From Azolla caroliniana (Eukaryota; Plantae; Polypodiophyta): a DNA stretch of 64,000 bases. The stretch spans positions 3,224,001-3,288,000 of the forward strand of contig JBHGNT010000015.1 of NCBI GenBank assembly GCA_043228905.1, written 5' to 3'. Both the position numbers and the translations under genes were made by a program. Shown piece after piece: positions 48,943 to 61,800 of the stretch; the stretch's first letter is position 1, and the number at the start of each line of letters is the position of its first letter. The notes beneath the pieces are model-generated. The model had not been told where the DNA came from, searched no databases, and saw nothing but the letters and a program-made list of their open reading frames with translations.

Positions 48943-50265
48943 GCCAGGTTAGAGCAAGTATCGGGCTTCGAGAAAGTCCATGGCCATGAATTGATAACTG
49001 AAAGGTTGAACAAATTGAGTGTCGAGGAAGGATTTGTACAGCAAGGTATTCTTCCTTTGTTTCCCCTATTCGATGAGGATGTGATGACCCCCCCTTCATG
49101 TGGGAAATTTCAGAATCCAACAGAGTTTCAATTGATAGAGGAGGAAGGCTTGGTCTCGACCTCAATGCCCCCTATGGTTTCTTCACGACAAGGTATTCTA
49201 CCCAGAAGCTTGAGTGAATCAATGGAAAGACAGCGAACAATGATGAATTCACGTGTGGCTTGCCGTCCCGTAACAGCTGAATCTGTAATCATGGGATCGA
49301 AGCCAGATGGAGATGAGACAATTGTACAACGAGATGAGTTCTCACCGCCATTGGTTCATCAATCACCGATAACGAATTCTACTCATCTTCTCAAGCCATT
49401 GGAGAAACCATCCAGAGAAGACAAGAATATCGTTATTCCAAATGCTAGCCCTGAAGATGCATTAGGGGAAGGAGGCCATTTCCAGCATCCTTTGTCTTTT
49501 AAGGCTGTTTCTTCTGCAATTACAAGCATATCTTCACCTTTGATACATCCTACAAGCATTCAATCGAAGATACATAGACCTTTGGAACCGATGGAGGAAG
49601 AAATTAAGTTTGGGGATCCTCATTTGTCTCAGGTAACTCCATTATCTATTGATTTGAACACATCACCATCACGAATAAATATGTCTCCAAGAAGGGCAGC
49701 TATAGTGCCAGTAACTGATGTAGAGTTGAATTATCAACAAACACTATTACCACAGCAGGGGTCTTTGGAAGATTTGAATGTTGTTTCTGGTGCAAACCCA
49801 CCATCAATGTTTTCATTGATGGGTATTGAAGGTGTGAAGGGAAGTAAGTCCTCAAATGTGCATCAGCAAGGCAATGAAAACATAGATTTCCATAGGCAAA
49901 TTAGGAGTGATCCGTTTACTACTGTCGTTGAGCCCATTAATAACAACCAAGACTACAGTCAATTCACTCCTTTAAGTCCTAGCACTCCAGAGAAGAAACC
50001 ATTTGTTCAGAAAGTGGCTTTGCCTCATGCGGTCTCATCTGCACAATATGGCTACTTTGTTCATATGGAGCATCCAGATGCATCATCACATGCAACCAGG
50101 ATGCCTTTGTACAATTTCACCTCCAATGTCATGATAGGAAATCCGGCTGGGGCGGTGCCTTATGTAGGTGCTAATCCTTTTGTGGACGACTTTAGTCAGA
50201 GTTCTTCTTATCAAGATGCACTGGATATTCTACCTCCGGATCAACCTCAAAGGCGTTATATGTGA
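47560..50265 (+). CDS. PB1 (octicosapeptide/Phox/Bem1p) domain protein, intronless, 901 aa, with a long Ser/Pro-rich disordered tail and no kinase domain
   Basis: [31 protein letters not shown]...[31 protein letters not shown]...RLRLFLFP is the plant PB1 signature. First ATG is at 47560; the ORF-track extension to 47353 is microsatellite. Confidence 0.92.
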
Positions 50266-51312
50266 GACACATGATGCACCTAAGAGGACGTTTTCATCAA
50301 TAAAACCATGGCATGACAATAGACATAGAAAAAGAAATCGATGGCACGTGTTATACACTTCAGTCATCACTGTACAAAGTTCAGACCCACCTACCTCTTG
50401 TGTGAGTATATGCATATTTCATAATGTTGACTGTTGCTGTTTGAAATCTAGAGAAAAAGCTGGATTGTTAAATTTTGTACACCCACTTTGCTGGCGTCTT
50501 GAGATCTACATAGGTTTTATGTCTTTCCATATCCCCTATTTTTATCGTGTCTCTATTTTTACCGCTATTTTGGTGATTGTTACGGCTTGTTACCCTAGTA
50601 AGGACATCAATTAGCGCAGTTTTACTGTGCAAGAGTTCATTAATTTTTCAGCTTTGTGAATAGAAGGCAAGATGATGCCTTTGTTTTTGTATCACATCAG
50701 TGAATAATATAGAACATTTACTTCCATAAGCTTATGGCATGTGTCCCATTCTTTCAGGTACATATATAGATAACACTATTTTGTGTCTCATCGCATTAGT
50801 ATATATTGTCTGGGTATTTTGATCTTGCACACAGCTAGCTGCAAGATTGTATTCTCTTAATTTTAAACAGAGGTTGATAGTTTTTATCACTCATATTATT
50901 GTCAAAGCAAAGCAAGGGTCGGTCAAGGAGCACATGTGAAGGATGGTAATCTCTCTTGAGTTTGAGTAGGCAAGATCAAGGCATCCTTGTTAACTGGATA
51001 CTTGTAGATTAAAGATTAATACATCACTAATTTCCAAGTAAAAGCAATCGGGCAATTGCCATGATAGCAACAATGATGAAGTCTTCAAGATGGTGACCAT
51101 GGACATCTCGTACAATTGTGACCCCCCATTTGAAGGCTCCTTGGAATGTGCTAAATCCACACTCATTACAAAATAATTGAAGTGGATGATAAATGATGGC
51201 ATAAAAGTTATGTAGACAGATTTTTAAAATTCTCATCGATTTTGATTCTATGTAGTGAATAAGAGAATCTAAATTAAATTGTATCACTTTCAGGGAATCT
51301 TGTAATGAAATG

Positions 51313-51556
51313 AAAATGTCACCTTCATGATAGCATTATGGTATTCCAACAATTCAATCTTATCTTCCATCCTTCTTTTAATATGATTCACTCTTGCAAC
51401 ATCCAAGCATCATTTATGTATTGTTTTGAGCCCAAATAAAAGTGTCACCTTCAACATAACATTATGATATTCCAACAAGTGAGTCCTTTTGATATGATTC
51501 ACTCCTACATCAAAGCAGCATTTATGTAATTGTTTCAAACCCAAAACTCTCACCAT
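51313..51556. repeat. Degenerate ~120-bp direct repeat dimer between the convergent gene ends
   Basis: TGTCACCTTCA...CATTATG.TATTCCAACAA...ATATGATTCACTC...TTTATGTA...CCCAAA occurs twice. Confidence 0.6.
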
Positions 51557-52817
51557 CATGTAAGGGTTACAACGCTATTTGGATATTTAAACTCAATTAC
51601 TGGATCATATTAAAAGATGGAATGCATTCCATTCTTTGAAGAAAGTTTGATTGTTGCCTTACATCATATGGTTAAAATGATTATTCTAAATCCCAAATGT
51701 CGCCTGTTTAAGAGATTCAAAAAGTGCTCTAAACTGTCATCACCATCAAAGCAAGGAACAAAATTAAACTGATCAAGTAACAGATAATTGAATTCTGCAT
51801 TATTAGATACGAAGTTATGTAGGACTAAAAGTTCGAGAAATATCATGATATAACATCAATGAGCATTTGCTAGGGATAGGAAAGCGTACTTGAATGCACC
51901 AAAGATACCTTATGTTACATGCAAAGTGCAAAATATATATTTATTTCCATTCTTGTCACATTTCAAAACACTGGTAATGCTAATGCTAATGTTCTTAATT
52001 GCCATCATCGACATTTTATGATGCATGCCAATGGGAGTTATCATATGGAACGCAAAGTCAGGGTTCAAATTGAAGGTCCAGACCTATAGGACCACATTGG
52101 CTTCATTAACTGTACTTTACATATGTCACTGCCCATTCCAATAAAAATCTAGATAAAGGAATCTGAAGTTCTTTGGGCCATCCTTAGCAGAGATTAACCA
52201 GACTAGATTAGATACACCTAACAATAGATCGTACAATTACTACATAATGAACCAGTGCTTAAAAACTAATGTGAATTTATCGAGGATATTCTGAGATACA
52301 CTTCAGAAACACCACACAAATGAAGTTAAGTTTATGGTAAACAAAAATAAATAAAGACAGATTTTGAATACCTCCGAATAAATGAACATGCTGTAAAAGA
52401 GGAACAACAATATTCAGAGAACATCAAATAATATATAACTCGAGATAAAAGGTGGCATCCAAATTATACAATTCGTGATGCAAAATTGATGCGAGTGTAT
52501 TATGTCAATTTTATACACTAGAGTGATGGCCTGTATCTATTGAAACTGGTGAAGATCTGTACCTGTTGAAGCTGTTCTCTAACCATATACTACAATCTAA
52601 GCATGTACAAGAGTTCTTGCCTAGTGAATTAGGCAATATCCACACCCAAGCATACAGAGGTCTTGTATTGACATCTGATGAATTTGTCTTGGCTACAATA
52701 CAACTAGAATATGTCAATCTGCTTCCCCAACAGCTGACTAACATCTCTTATTGGATCACTTTCAAATACTCGATGCTTCAAGGTTCAGTGTGTATACTGT
52801 GCTTTTTTCTGGCATAA

Positions 52818-55800
52818 TCAATCAAATATCTCCTGTGCCTCAATTATACTATGTTGACTGCAGAACACATAAAGAAATTAAGGAATAACGACAAGTTCAT
52901 GTTCACAGATACAGGTTTGAAAATAAAACACAAAACACATTCTGGTCGTACTGCTCATCTTTGGAGATTCTATAGTATTTCTCAGCATGCTGCCGTTGGC
53001 CAATAAGCTGAGCAAATCTTTCATCATGTGTGATAACGATCAACTGAAAATTTTCCTGCCCCTTGCGATCTTCCATAATCCTTCAACGCCACACAAACAG
53101 TGTATTATTCAATATTATGGTTTCGACATGAGTTTTTAAATAGAAGAAAAAGCAAACAGTGATCATGTTATATACCTCACAAGAGCAGCAGCCAAACTCT
53201 CTGCATTACGCCCATCCAAGTTGGTGGTCGGTTCGTCTAGAGCCAAGATTCCACAGCTAAGGCAGAAAGTTTCTGCCAGTGCTAGCCGGATAATTAATGA
53301 CGCAAGAACCTGAGCTCATATATACAATTGTCATGCATAAATCCTTATCATATATTTAGGTTAATAAAACATACATTTAATGAGGGAATACCTTTTGCCC
53401 TGCACTGCACCGCCCACGCATTTCTAGCTCTGCATCTCCACTTTGCATAACCACCTTTATAAAATACTTGAATATCAAAACATAACTATATTTGGTATTA
53501 TATATAGAAACATCCAATAGATGATCCAGCAGTGTAATGGCTTAAAACATAACGCATGTTATTATTATGCACACCAATAAGAAAGCATTTCACTTTACCC
53601 TGTAACTATACGATCTAGTTCCTGCGCCCTCTGTATCCGATCGTAATGCTATATAGTCAATATCTTGCCCTTGATATGTTTGTTGCCACAACTCTTTTAT
53701 GATTTTGTTGATTTCCTCCATTTTCATTGTGTGGAACCTCATTAAAGCCCTGAGAGCAGCTAGAATCAGGTACATCTACCAAATGATGAGAACACGAGCA
53801 GTGACTTGCAGTTACACATTCCCAACCTGTCAAGTGCATTGTAGTACTTATCCAGGTCCTTGTTAGCCATCTCTGTTGTCTACATAGTCAATAAATCAAC
53901 AAAATTGCTACATGAATAGAATATCATTTTTCGTATTGAAATGGCTAGAAATGGCATAAAACGAATCAGGAAACCCCGAACACCGTAGCACCATATTATT
54001 ACTTATACAACATTCAGTTAATTGTACTTCACAAGAAAACGTGAAAATTAGACTTTTACTTGCATTCACTGAAACAAGACCATAAAGAATCAGCTATCAA
54101 GAATGCAGCCCTTAAAACCAACAAAGATGAAAGGGTGGCTGATCATATCAAGACCCTTTTTTATAAAAACAGGGCCCCTAAGACAATATATAAATAAGAA
54201 AAAATCATTTACCTTCAGTTGGATAAGTTGGCTGCAGTAGCGTTTCTCAATATCTTTGTATTGAGTTTGCTTCAGTTCAGTACTATTTCTGCCAATGCTA
54301 CTCTGATACACAGATAGTGTGCCTTTACTTCTGTCTAGCTGTCGCAGGCTCACAATCAGAAAAACCAAAATCTTTAACCAAATAGTGGAGGAATCTATCT
54401 ATGACACCATACCATACACCTCACAGCAAATAGAAAATGACAGAAAGAAAGATATATTAACATCTTTTAAGAGGCCAACATAACCTATAAGACCAAAAGA
54501 GGGAATACATGCAAGAACGTTCTCGCTCCATTCAGAACAAACCAAAATAAATTCACGAAACTACCGACCATACCATATATTCCCATTAACTAAGCACGTG
54601 ATGTGGTAAGATTCAAACGATTTCCAACTTGTGCCAATTCAAGATAAGGCTGTCTCCGGAAAGATATATTAACATCTTTTAGGAAGCCAAAATAGCCTAA
54701 AGGACCAAACAAGAGAAGTGTTTCTCATCTCGAGAACCAACGAAATTAAATGTAACTAAGTAAAAACTTAAAAAGTGACCTAGGAATCCTGCTAGCTATA
54801 CATGTAAGATTATTGAGCTAGATAGATTGTAATTTTTGTTTTCGCAAGATCTCCAATTTTGTCTTTGCAAGATCTCTAGCACGGGTCAATCCAAAATGGA
54901 GAGATCTCCAAAGTGAGGTAAGCACCTGCAATTGCAGGAAGTAATGGGCTTTATCTATAGACAAAAAAGATGGTGAGATGGTGCTCCACAAGGTATGCAC
55001 AACAAATTGCGATTACCTGATCTATTTTACCCCTGCTGCAATGTCCTGATCGGGCTGTTCATGTAGAATTACTCTATTGAGCACGACAGAACTAAGATTC
55101 ATTGAAAAGAATTACTCTATTGCTAATGTTGTAAAATTACAGTTTGCTAGTAATCTAAGCTGTTTGAAATAGGATTTTGGAAAGTAATGTATATTTGTTT
55201 GTAATATAGGCAATGTTGACAGAAGTTTATGACTTTTGTGCACAATTTCTCCATTAACACTTTCGTATGTTGTTAGATATAATCAATGATCAACCCCAAG
55301 TTGTAAATCTATCCCCATATGTACTCTTCGAGTGCACATTTTGTGATAGCTATTGTGCAACTCAACCAAGGTGTCAATCTAGGAAACCGTAGATGCGTAG
55401 GACACAATGTATTTAGGAAAGAGCGAAGTAGGCTAATAGGATTGGCTAATCAAATCAACTAGAAGAATATTTTGTGGCAAGTGATGATGTACTTAATCTT
55501 GATGTATGTGACATTGACTATCTAGCACTAGCTTGTATCTAGGGAGCTGGGTCATATTAAATGACAAGTCAGTTGACAGAAAAGGAATATCTCCACTACT
55601 ATCAACCAACATGCACATGTAATGTTACACTCAGACCAAACAAAGAATATAATCCACTCTCTTACACAATGGTGTTATGATCATTAGTCCCCACTAATTT
55701 TGTAGTGAGCTGGTCCAGATCCCATCTAAGCTCTAAGGTGTGAGCTCATGGGCGAACTACTATTGTGAGCTACTCTCATATGTAATAGAAGTTTTGTTTT

Positions 55801-58800
55801 CACATATCCATCTCTGTGATTGTAACTCTATATACCTATCTAATCGATTCACAATATTTCTAACATATGTAATGTTACAAACACAATGCAATAGAAATAT
55901 AAGATTGTTTTGAGCAAGATTTTGAAGCACCATAGTTAATGATTTAGGAAGTTCTTGAACATCTAAACCTAGCTTCCTTTCAGATCCAAATTTTCTATTT
56001 GTGTAGCCCTTAATTGACTTGTCACATTGGTAGGAACGATGGGGCTAAAGAAAGTTGTGATAGTTCTTTGCTGAGGAACTTGTGTGGTTGCATTATTGTC
56101 CTTGAGTGTTCTTGAGTTCTAACAGAGAACAACCCCAAGAACCATCTATTCTCATTTCAATTACCTTGCATAGTGGGCTAACACGTTGGTTAAAGACGCT
56201 CCCTCTTATTTCATAAAAGACAGTATAGTGGTAAACATAGTGTGGTGTGCATGTGTTCCTTTGTGCCACCCTTTTAGCTCACCCTTTTTAGGATGCACAT
56301 ACCCAAGTTGACCCACGCTTTTTAGGATGCATGTGGCCAAAATGACCCACCCTTTTAGCACACCCTTTTTAGCCAAGCCAACCCAAATGGGTTCCGTTGT
56401 ATCAACTATAAATTGATTAAGAAGTAAGAAGCTAAGTAGACTGGTTTTGATCTCTTATGTGCATTTCACATATTGGTGGAGATGCAGGGTACCAGCCCCC
56501 ACATCCAAGCATACACCTCTTCCGCTTCGTAGGTAGCATCGCCCTTGTCACCGTCACCGACACTCTTGTTAGTCTCTTGTAGTATTATCTCTTCCATTAG
56601 CACCACCTTAGTTCACTAGTTAGGCCTCCCGACATCCATTGCTTCCTCCACCCAAGTCTTTTTTTGCGATCGCCATCTATACCTCTCTAGCACGCAAGCC
56701 CACTACACCTTCACCTTAGACACTCTCACTTTCTCACACCACTTTTATGTCTTGCCCCACCAACTCTTCCCCCTCACCTTAGGTTGCCCACTAACTTATT
56801 GTCCCATGAGTTTCTCCGATCCCCCTCCTACACGATAGCCCTCCTGTCCCCCATCTCAGCCAAGTCCAAGTGGCCCTTAGTCCACAAGGGTGATTGATCT
56901 TTCTTTGCCAAATGATCTTTTCCCCGATCCCCCTCTAACACGATAGCCCTCCTATCCCCCACCTCAGCCAAGTCCAGGTGGCCCTCAGTCCACAGGAGCG
57001 ATTGATCTTCACCGCCATATGATCTTTCCTCGATCCCCCTCCAACACGATAGCCCTCCTGTCCCCCACCTCAGCAAAGTCCAGGTGGCCCTCAGTCCACA
57101 TGAGCGATTGATCTTCGCCACCATATGATCTTTCCTCGATCCCCCTCCGACACGATAGCCCTCCTGTCCCCCACCTCAGCAAAGTTCAGGTGGCCCTCAG
57201 TCCACAGGAGTGATTGATCTCTATTCGCCGATTGATAGCTCGTTTTCCATCACTAGCCCATTCAACTATCAAGGCCAACAATTCCACGGGGATGTCCTCA
57301 ACATCGTTGCAACTCAACTACGTGTCCATAGATGTTTACATCCCCACACCATCTTCACCAAACGCCTCAACAAGACCCTCAAACACGAGATGGCTGCATA
57401 AATCAACCCTTTTCGAGCACTCTATGGGCGTAACCCTCGCCTCGCACTAGAATCATCCATGGATTTCCATTTGAAACCTGCCATCAGATGCTCCCCTCCT
57501 TCGACAAGCCACTGTTCTTGTTCTTGTTCATGTACCTGTCATGTTCTTGTTCATGCCCCTCAATCTCTTGTTTCTCGCAGGGGGGAAATGTGGTGTGCAT
57601 GTGTTCCTTTGTGCCACCCTTTTAGCTCACCCTTTTTAGGATGCAAGTACCCAAGTTGACCCACCCTTTTAGCACACCCTTTTTAGCCAAGCCAACCCAA
57701 ATGGGTTCCGTTGTATTGACTATAAATCGATTAAGAAGTAAGAAGCTAAGTAGACTAGTTTTGATCTCTTATGTGCATTTCACAATAGTGTCCTCTTTTT
57801 ATGGGATCTGCCTCAATAAGGGCCTGGAGGTCAATATGTGATCCCTTAAAAACTCCTACCTATCCAACTGAACAGCAGTCATTCCTCTCTGCTCATACAC
57901 TTAATGCTAAATATAGGATTAAGTCATATAGTTAAGCCAAGTAATGGAAAATCAAGATTGTCCTAAAACTGTTGGGTATCATGGGTCTCCATTGTTCTAT
58001 CTAGCTAGCTGGGAAACCTTCACATAGAGCTCTATTAAAGATGCGTGCTCGCAACAAGATCAAGGTGTCACATGCATAGATAAAGTGCTCACGAGAGAAA
58101 GAGAGATATATTAACGTCTTTTAAGAAGCCAAAATGGCCTATAAGACCAAATAAGAGATTACATCTTAAGTGTTGTCTCGTCTTTGAGAACAAATCAATA
58201 TTACTCAGTAAATATAATAATAAATAAGATAACAAGAGAAGAGGGAATCTGGTTTTTGCTACATGTGAGATTCTCAAGTTAGATATATTGCAACTTTTTC
58301 TTCAAAAGATCTCTAGCATAGGTCAATCCAGAATGGAGAGGTCTCCGAAGCGAGGGAAGCACCTGTGATGGTGAGAGATAATGGCCTTTATCTGTCGATG
58401 ACAAGGGTGTTGAGGTCGTGGTCCATGGGGCCGGGGCTTATGTGCACGACAATGCCCTTTGTCCAGATGGGTGTGGCCCATATGCATGACAAATTGTTAT
58501 TGCCTAAGCCATTGTAAGGCCCATTCGAATGTTATGGTCAATGCTTTAGTTGTGTAAACTTTGATTGACCTGTATTGCGGGGGTGTTGGGGTAAAGGCCC
58601 CAAGCACTTCCCTCTTGTATATATTTTGAACCTTCCATGTGAAAGCTCCCTTCGAGAGCTTTCTAGACATATATTTACTACATTTTTGGCCCCAATGTGG
58701 GGGGTTATATGCATTTACATTATCTTTATAACTTTTGGTCATTGGCTGTGTGTGAACGTATTAGAAATATTGAGAATCGAGTAGATAGGTATATAGAGTT

Positions 58801-61800
58801 ACAACTGCAGAGATGGATATATGAAAACAGAATTTCTATTACATATGAGAGTAGTTCAAAATGGTAGTTTTCCCATGCGCTCACACCTTAGAGCTTAGAT
58901 AGGATATGGACCGGCTCACTACAAAATTAGTGGGGACTAATGATCAATCTGACCACTGTGTGAGAAAAGTGACTTATAATCTATGTTTGGTCTTAGTATA
59001 AATGTGCAAGTCAGTTGACAGTAGTGGAGATATTCCTTTTCTGTCAACTGACTTGTCATTTAATATGACCCAACTCCCTAGGTACAGGCTAGTGCTAGAT
59101 AATACTTATCTTGAAGTCAATGACGCATACTTCAAGACTAAGTACATCGTAACTTGCCCACAAAATATTCTAGCTGACTTGATTAGCCAATCCTTTTATC
59201 TATTTCTCTCTTTCCTAAATATATTGTGTCCTACGCATCTACGGTTTCCTAGATTAACACCTTATCGACCCATATGGTCGAGTTGCACACTAGCCGCTCC
59301 TCATTTGGGGCGCTATCACAAAATGTGCACTCTAAGAGCACATATGGGGATAGATTTACAACTTGGGGCTGATCATTGATTATATCTAACAGAACGTGCC
59401 TGAATGACCTAAAAGTTACTTATCAATAAGAATTAGCCCCAATTTTGACATAATGAGATAGGAACTTTCCACATCCTGATGGCATAATTGGCAGATCTGT
59501 TCCACCATAGCTTTCCACAAATCTCAATCTCTTAACAATTGGCATATCCTGAGCTGCGCTATCACACTGCGAACCACATGGGAGAGATATGTATCCAGAT
59601 AACAGGACCTATTGATATTCAACCATTCAACAAGTGCGAAAACAGCTCCTTATAGTGGGCCATCTTCCAATCAAGTGGCAATGTTGGGTTCATCCACATT
59701 CTTCTGTCATCTAGTTTGATGATACCAGTAGATCCTTCTGCTATGATCTTTTAAATTGCCATTGTAAAGAACAGCTATGCAGCAAGCAGGAAATGAATAA
59801 TCACCTTTTCACTGCATTGCTATCTACAAATCCAGGCATATTCCAAACCAATAAAGATATGAAGAAATTCCAACGGCCATCACTCAGAATCCTGCAAATA
59901 TTCACCTCAACAAGCATTCTGGTTGCAGAATAGTAGCTGTGAATAAATATCATGTTTGTTGGCCTTGAAAATATGTTGCCAAGGATGCCTATGTTGAAAA
60001 TACACAAATTTTCTCCTATCTGCAAGCACTTATGTTGGCATTAACTCACAAGTTTTTGGAACCACAAACATAATTTTATTTTGTCTCCTATCTTGCAACC
60101 ATTTATATGAGGATTAATTCAGTAGTCTTTTAAACATACGGATGCCTAAAAGGCATGGACTGCCCAGAATTACAAATTTATTTTGTTATTGCTATAAAAT
60201 ACATCTGACAAAAAATTTGTAACCACAGGAATAAGTGAGTTTATGAGAAATGAGGAGCAAATAGAGTCAAGAATTGCCAAATTTCTTTTACCTCTGAAAC
60301 CAAAGCTTGTTTCTCATCCATGGTTTTCTTAAGGTCCACTTCCACAGCTGACATATCACCAGTCTGAATAATTTTTTGTTCATAATTTTCAATTTGCTGA
60401 GCAAGCTCTTCAACTTCAGCCTTCTTCTTTCGGTAGTCAATGTTGTCATCGATATTTCTCTTAATTTGTGCTTGACTCTGCAGTAGTTCTCGGTTTTTGT
60501 TCACTTCAGCTGATATTTCATTTTTGCGTTTCTCTGATTGTTTAAGTTGTGCATCTATCATGGCAAGCCTTTCCATTGACTCCTGTAACCTTTGTTCCTT
60601 CTTTGAGTCCACATATCTTACAGACAACAAAAAGATAACAAAAAAATTGCCTTGTATAAGCTCTCTTAATATTTACAAACACAGAATTCTCACAATATCT
60701 AGATATAAAATCAGACCCTGACATAAAACAACCATACTATTCTGCAATTAATGAACCACTTCGCATTCCCCTAGTTTCTTTTGCTTGGGAACAATGGCAT
60801 ACATACACAAACATAAAGCTTTAATATATTTATCTTGAACAACAACATGCAGTTCAGGAAAATTTCACATCCATAAAATCATATGCTGTCTATGAGACTA
60901 AAGTTAATCCACTTGAACATCATTCGCATACACCACAGAAATTTGCAAACTAAAGCTCTAAATAGACAAGCATATGCATTGTCTTCGTGGACATACTCCT
61001 TGATTTTGAAATTGATTCCTTGTATTGAGAGAATTGCGCTCTCAAAAGCTGCAAGGTTTTTTGATTGTTCAAAATTCTCCGCCTTCACACGCTCTGCCAG
61101 ATTAGTATGCTCTCTTTTCAGCGCTTCATTTTCCCGAGCTAAAGGACCTAGTTCATCTGATTTTAGCTGCAAAAAAAATGATATTGATCCTTTTACAAAA
61201 TAGCATACCAAAAAATGAATCTGACAACAGATGCTACAAACAAGCACAAAGAGCAGACGACTTAAAGGAATTCCTGACGTAATATTTAGACACAAAATCA
61301 CAATTTTTCAGTTAATAAACATTCAGATCTGCCATTGATCATGATTCAGGAAGTGTGTAACTTGCTTCAGCTTTCAGCCTTCTACCTTTGCTAATGCTCA
61401 GACGTAGCTTCTCACCAGCCAACAATTTACCTGGCAGACTTCCAAACGAAAATGGCATACCCATTGAGTTTGTGCTAGCTCTAAGGTGGTGTCGGCTATT
61501 AACCACATCCCCACATCCATCTGGGTTTGGGCCCACAATGTTTACTCAATTCCTTCCTCAAACAGTATTATATAGGCATTGTGCACAAGACATTATAAAC
61601 AGACCAGGAGCCATGCACACAGAAAATATGACATTGCAAGGAAAAGCAGAGGGAGAAATTCAGCATTGCCTTTAGTTAAAGAGGATGATAATGCAGAATA
61701 TTGCACCATTGTAACAAATCAGGAAACTGGGTCGACACAAGGAAGTAGTCTAAAAGAGGCTTATCCCAACTGGAGAGAAAGACCACAACAACAATAAGGA

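Noticed and set aside
56828-57124. 98-aa minus-strand ORF with internal repeats
   Set aside because: It is a translation of the 107-bp tandem array and has no recognisable domain.
56811-57222. CRISPR-like appearance of regular repeats (also 6003-6155)
   Set aside because: Units are contiguous with no unique spacers, there are no cas genes, and the context is eukaryotic.
58300-58460. Possible hammerhead ribozyme or retrozyme in the dispersed repeat
   Set aside because: No CUGANGA...GAAA core with flanking stems was found, and the repeat is colinear with LINE RT/CCHC sequence.
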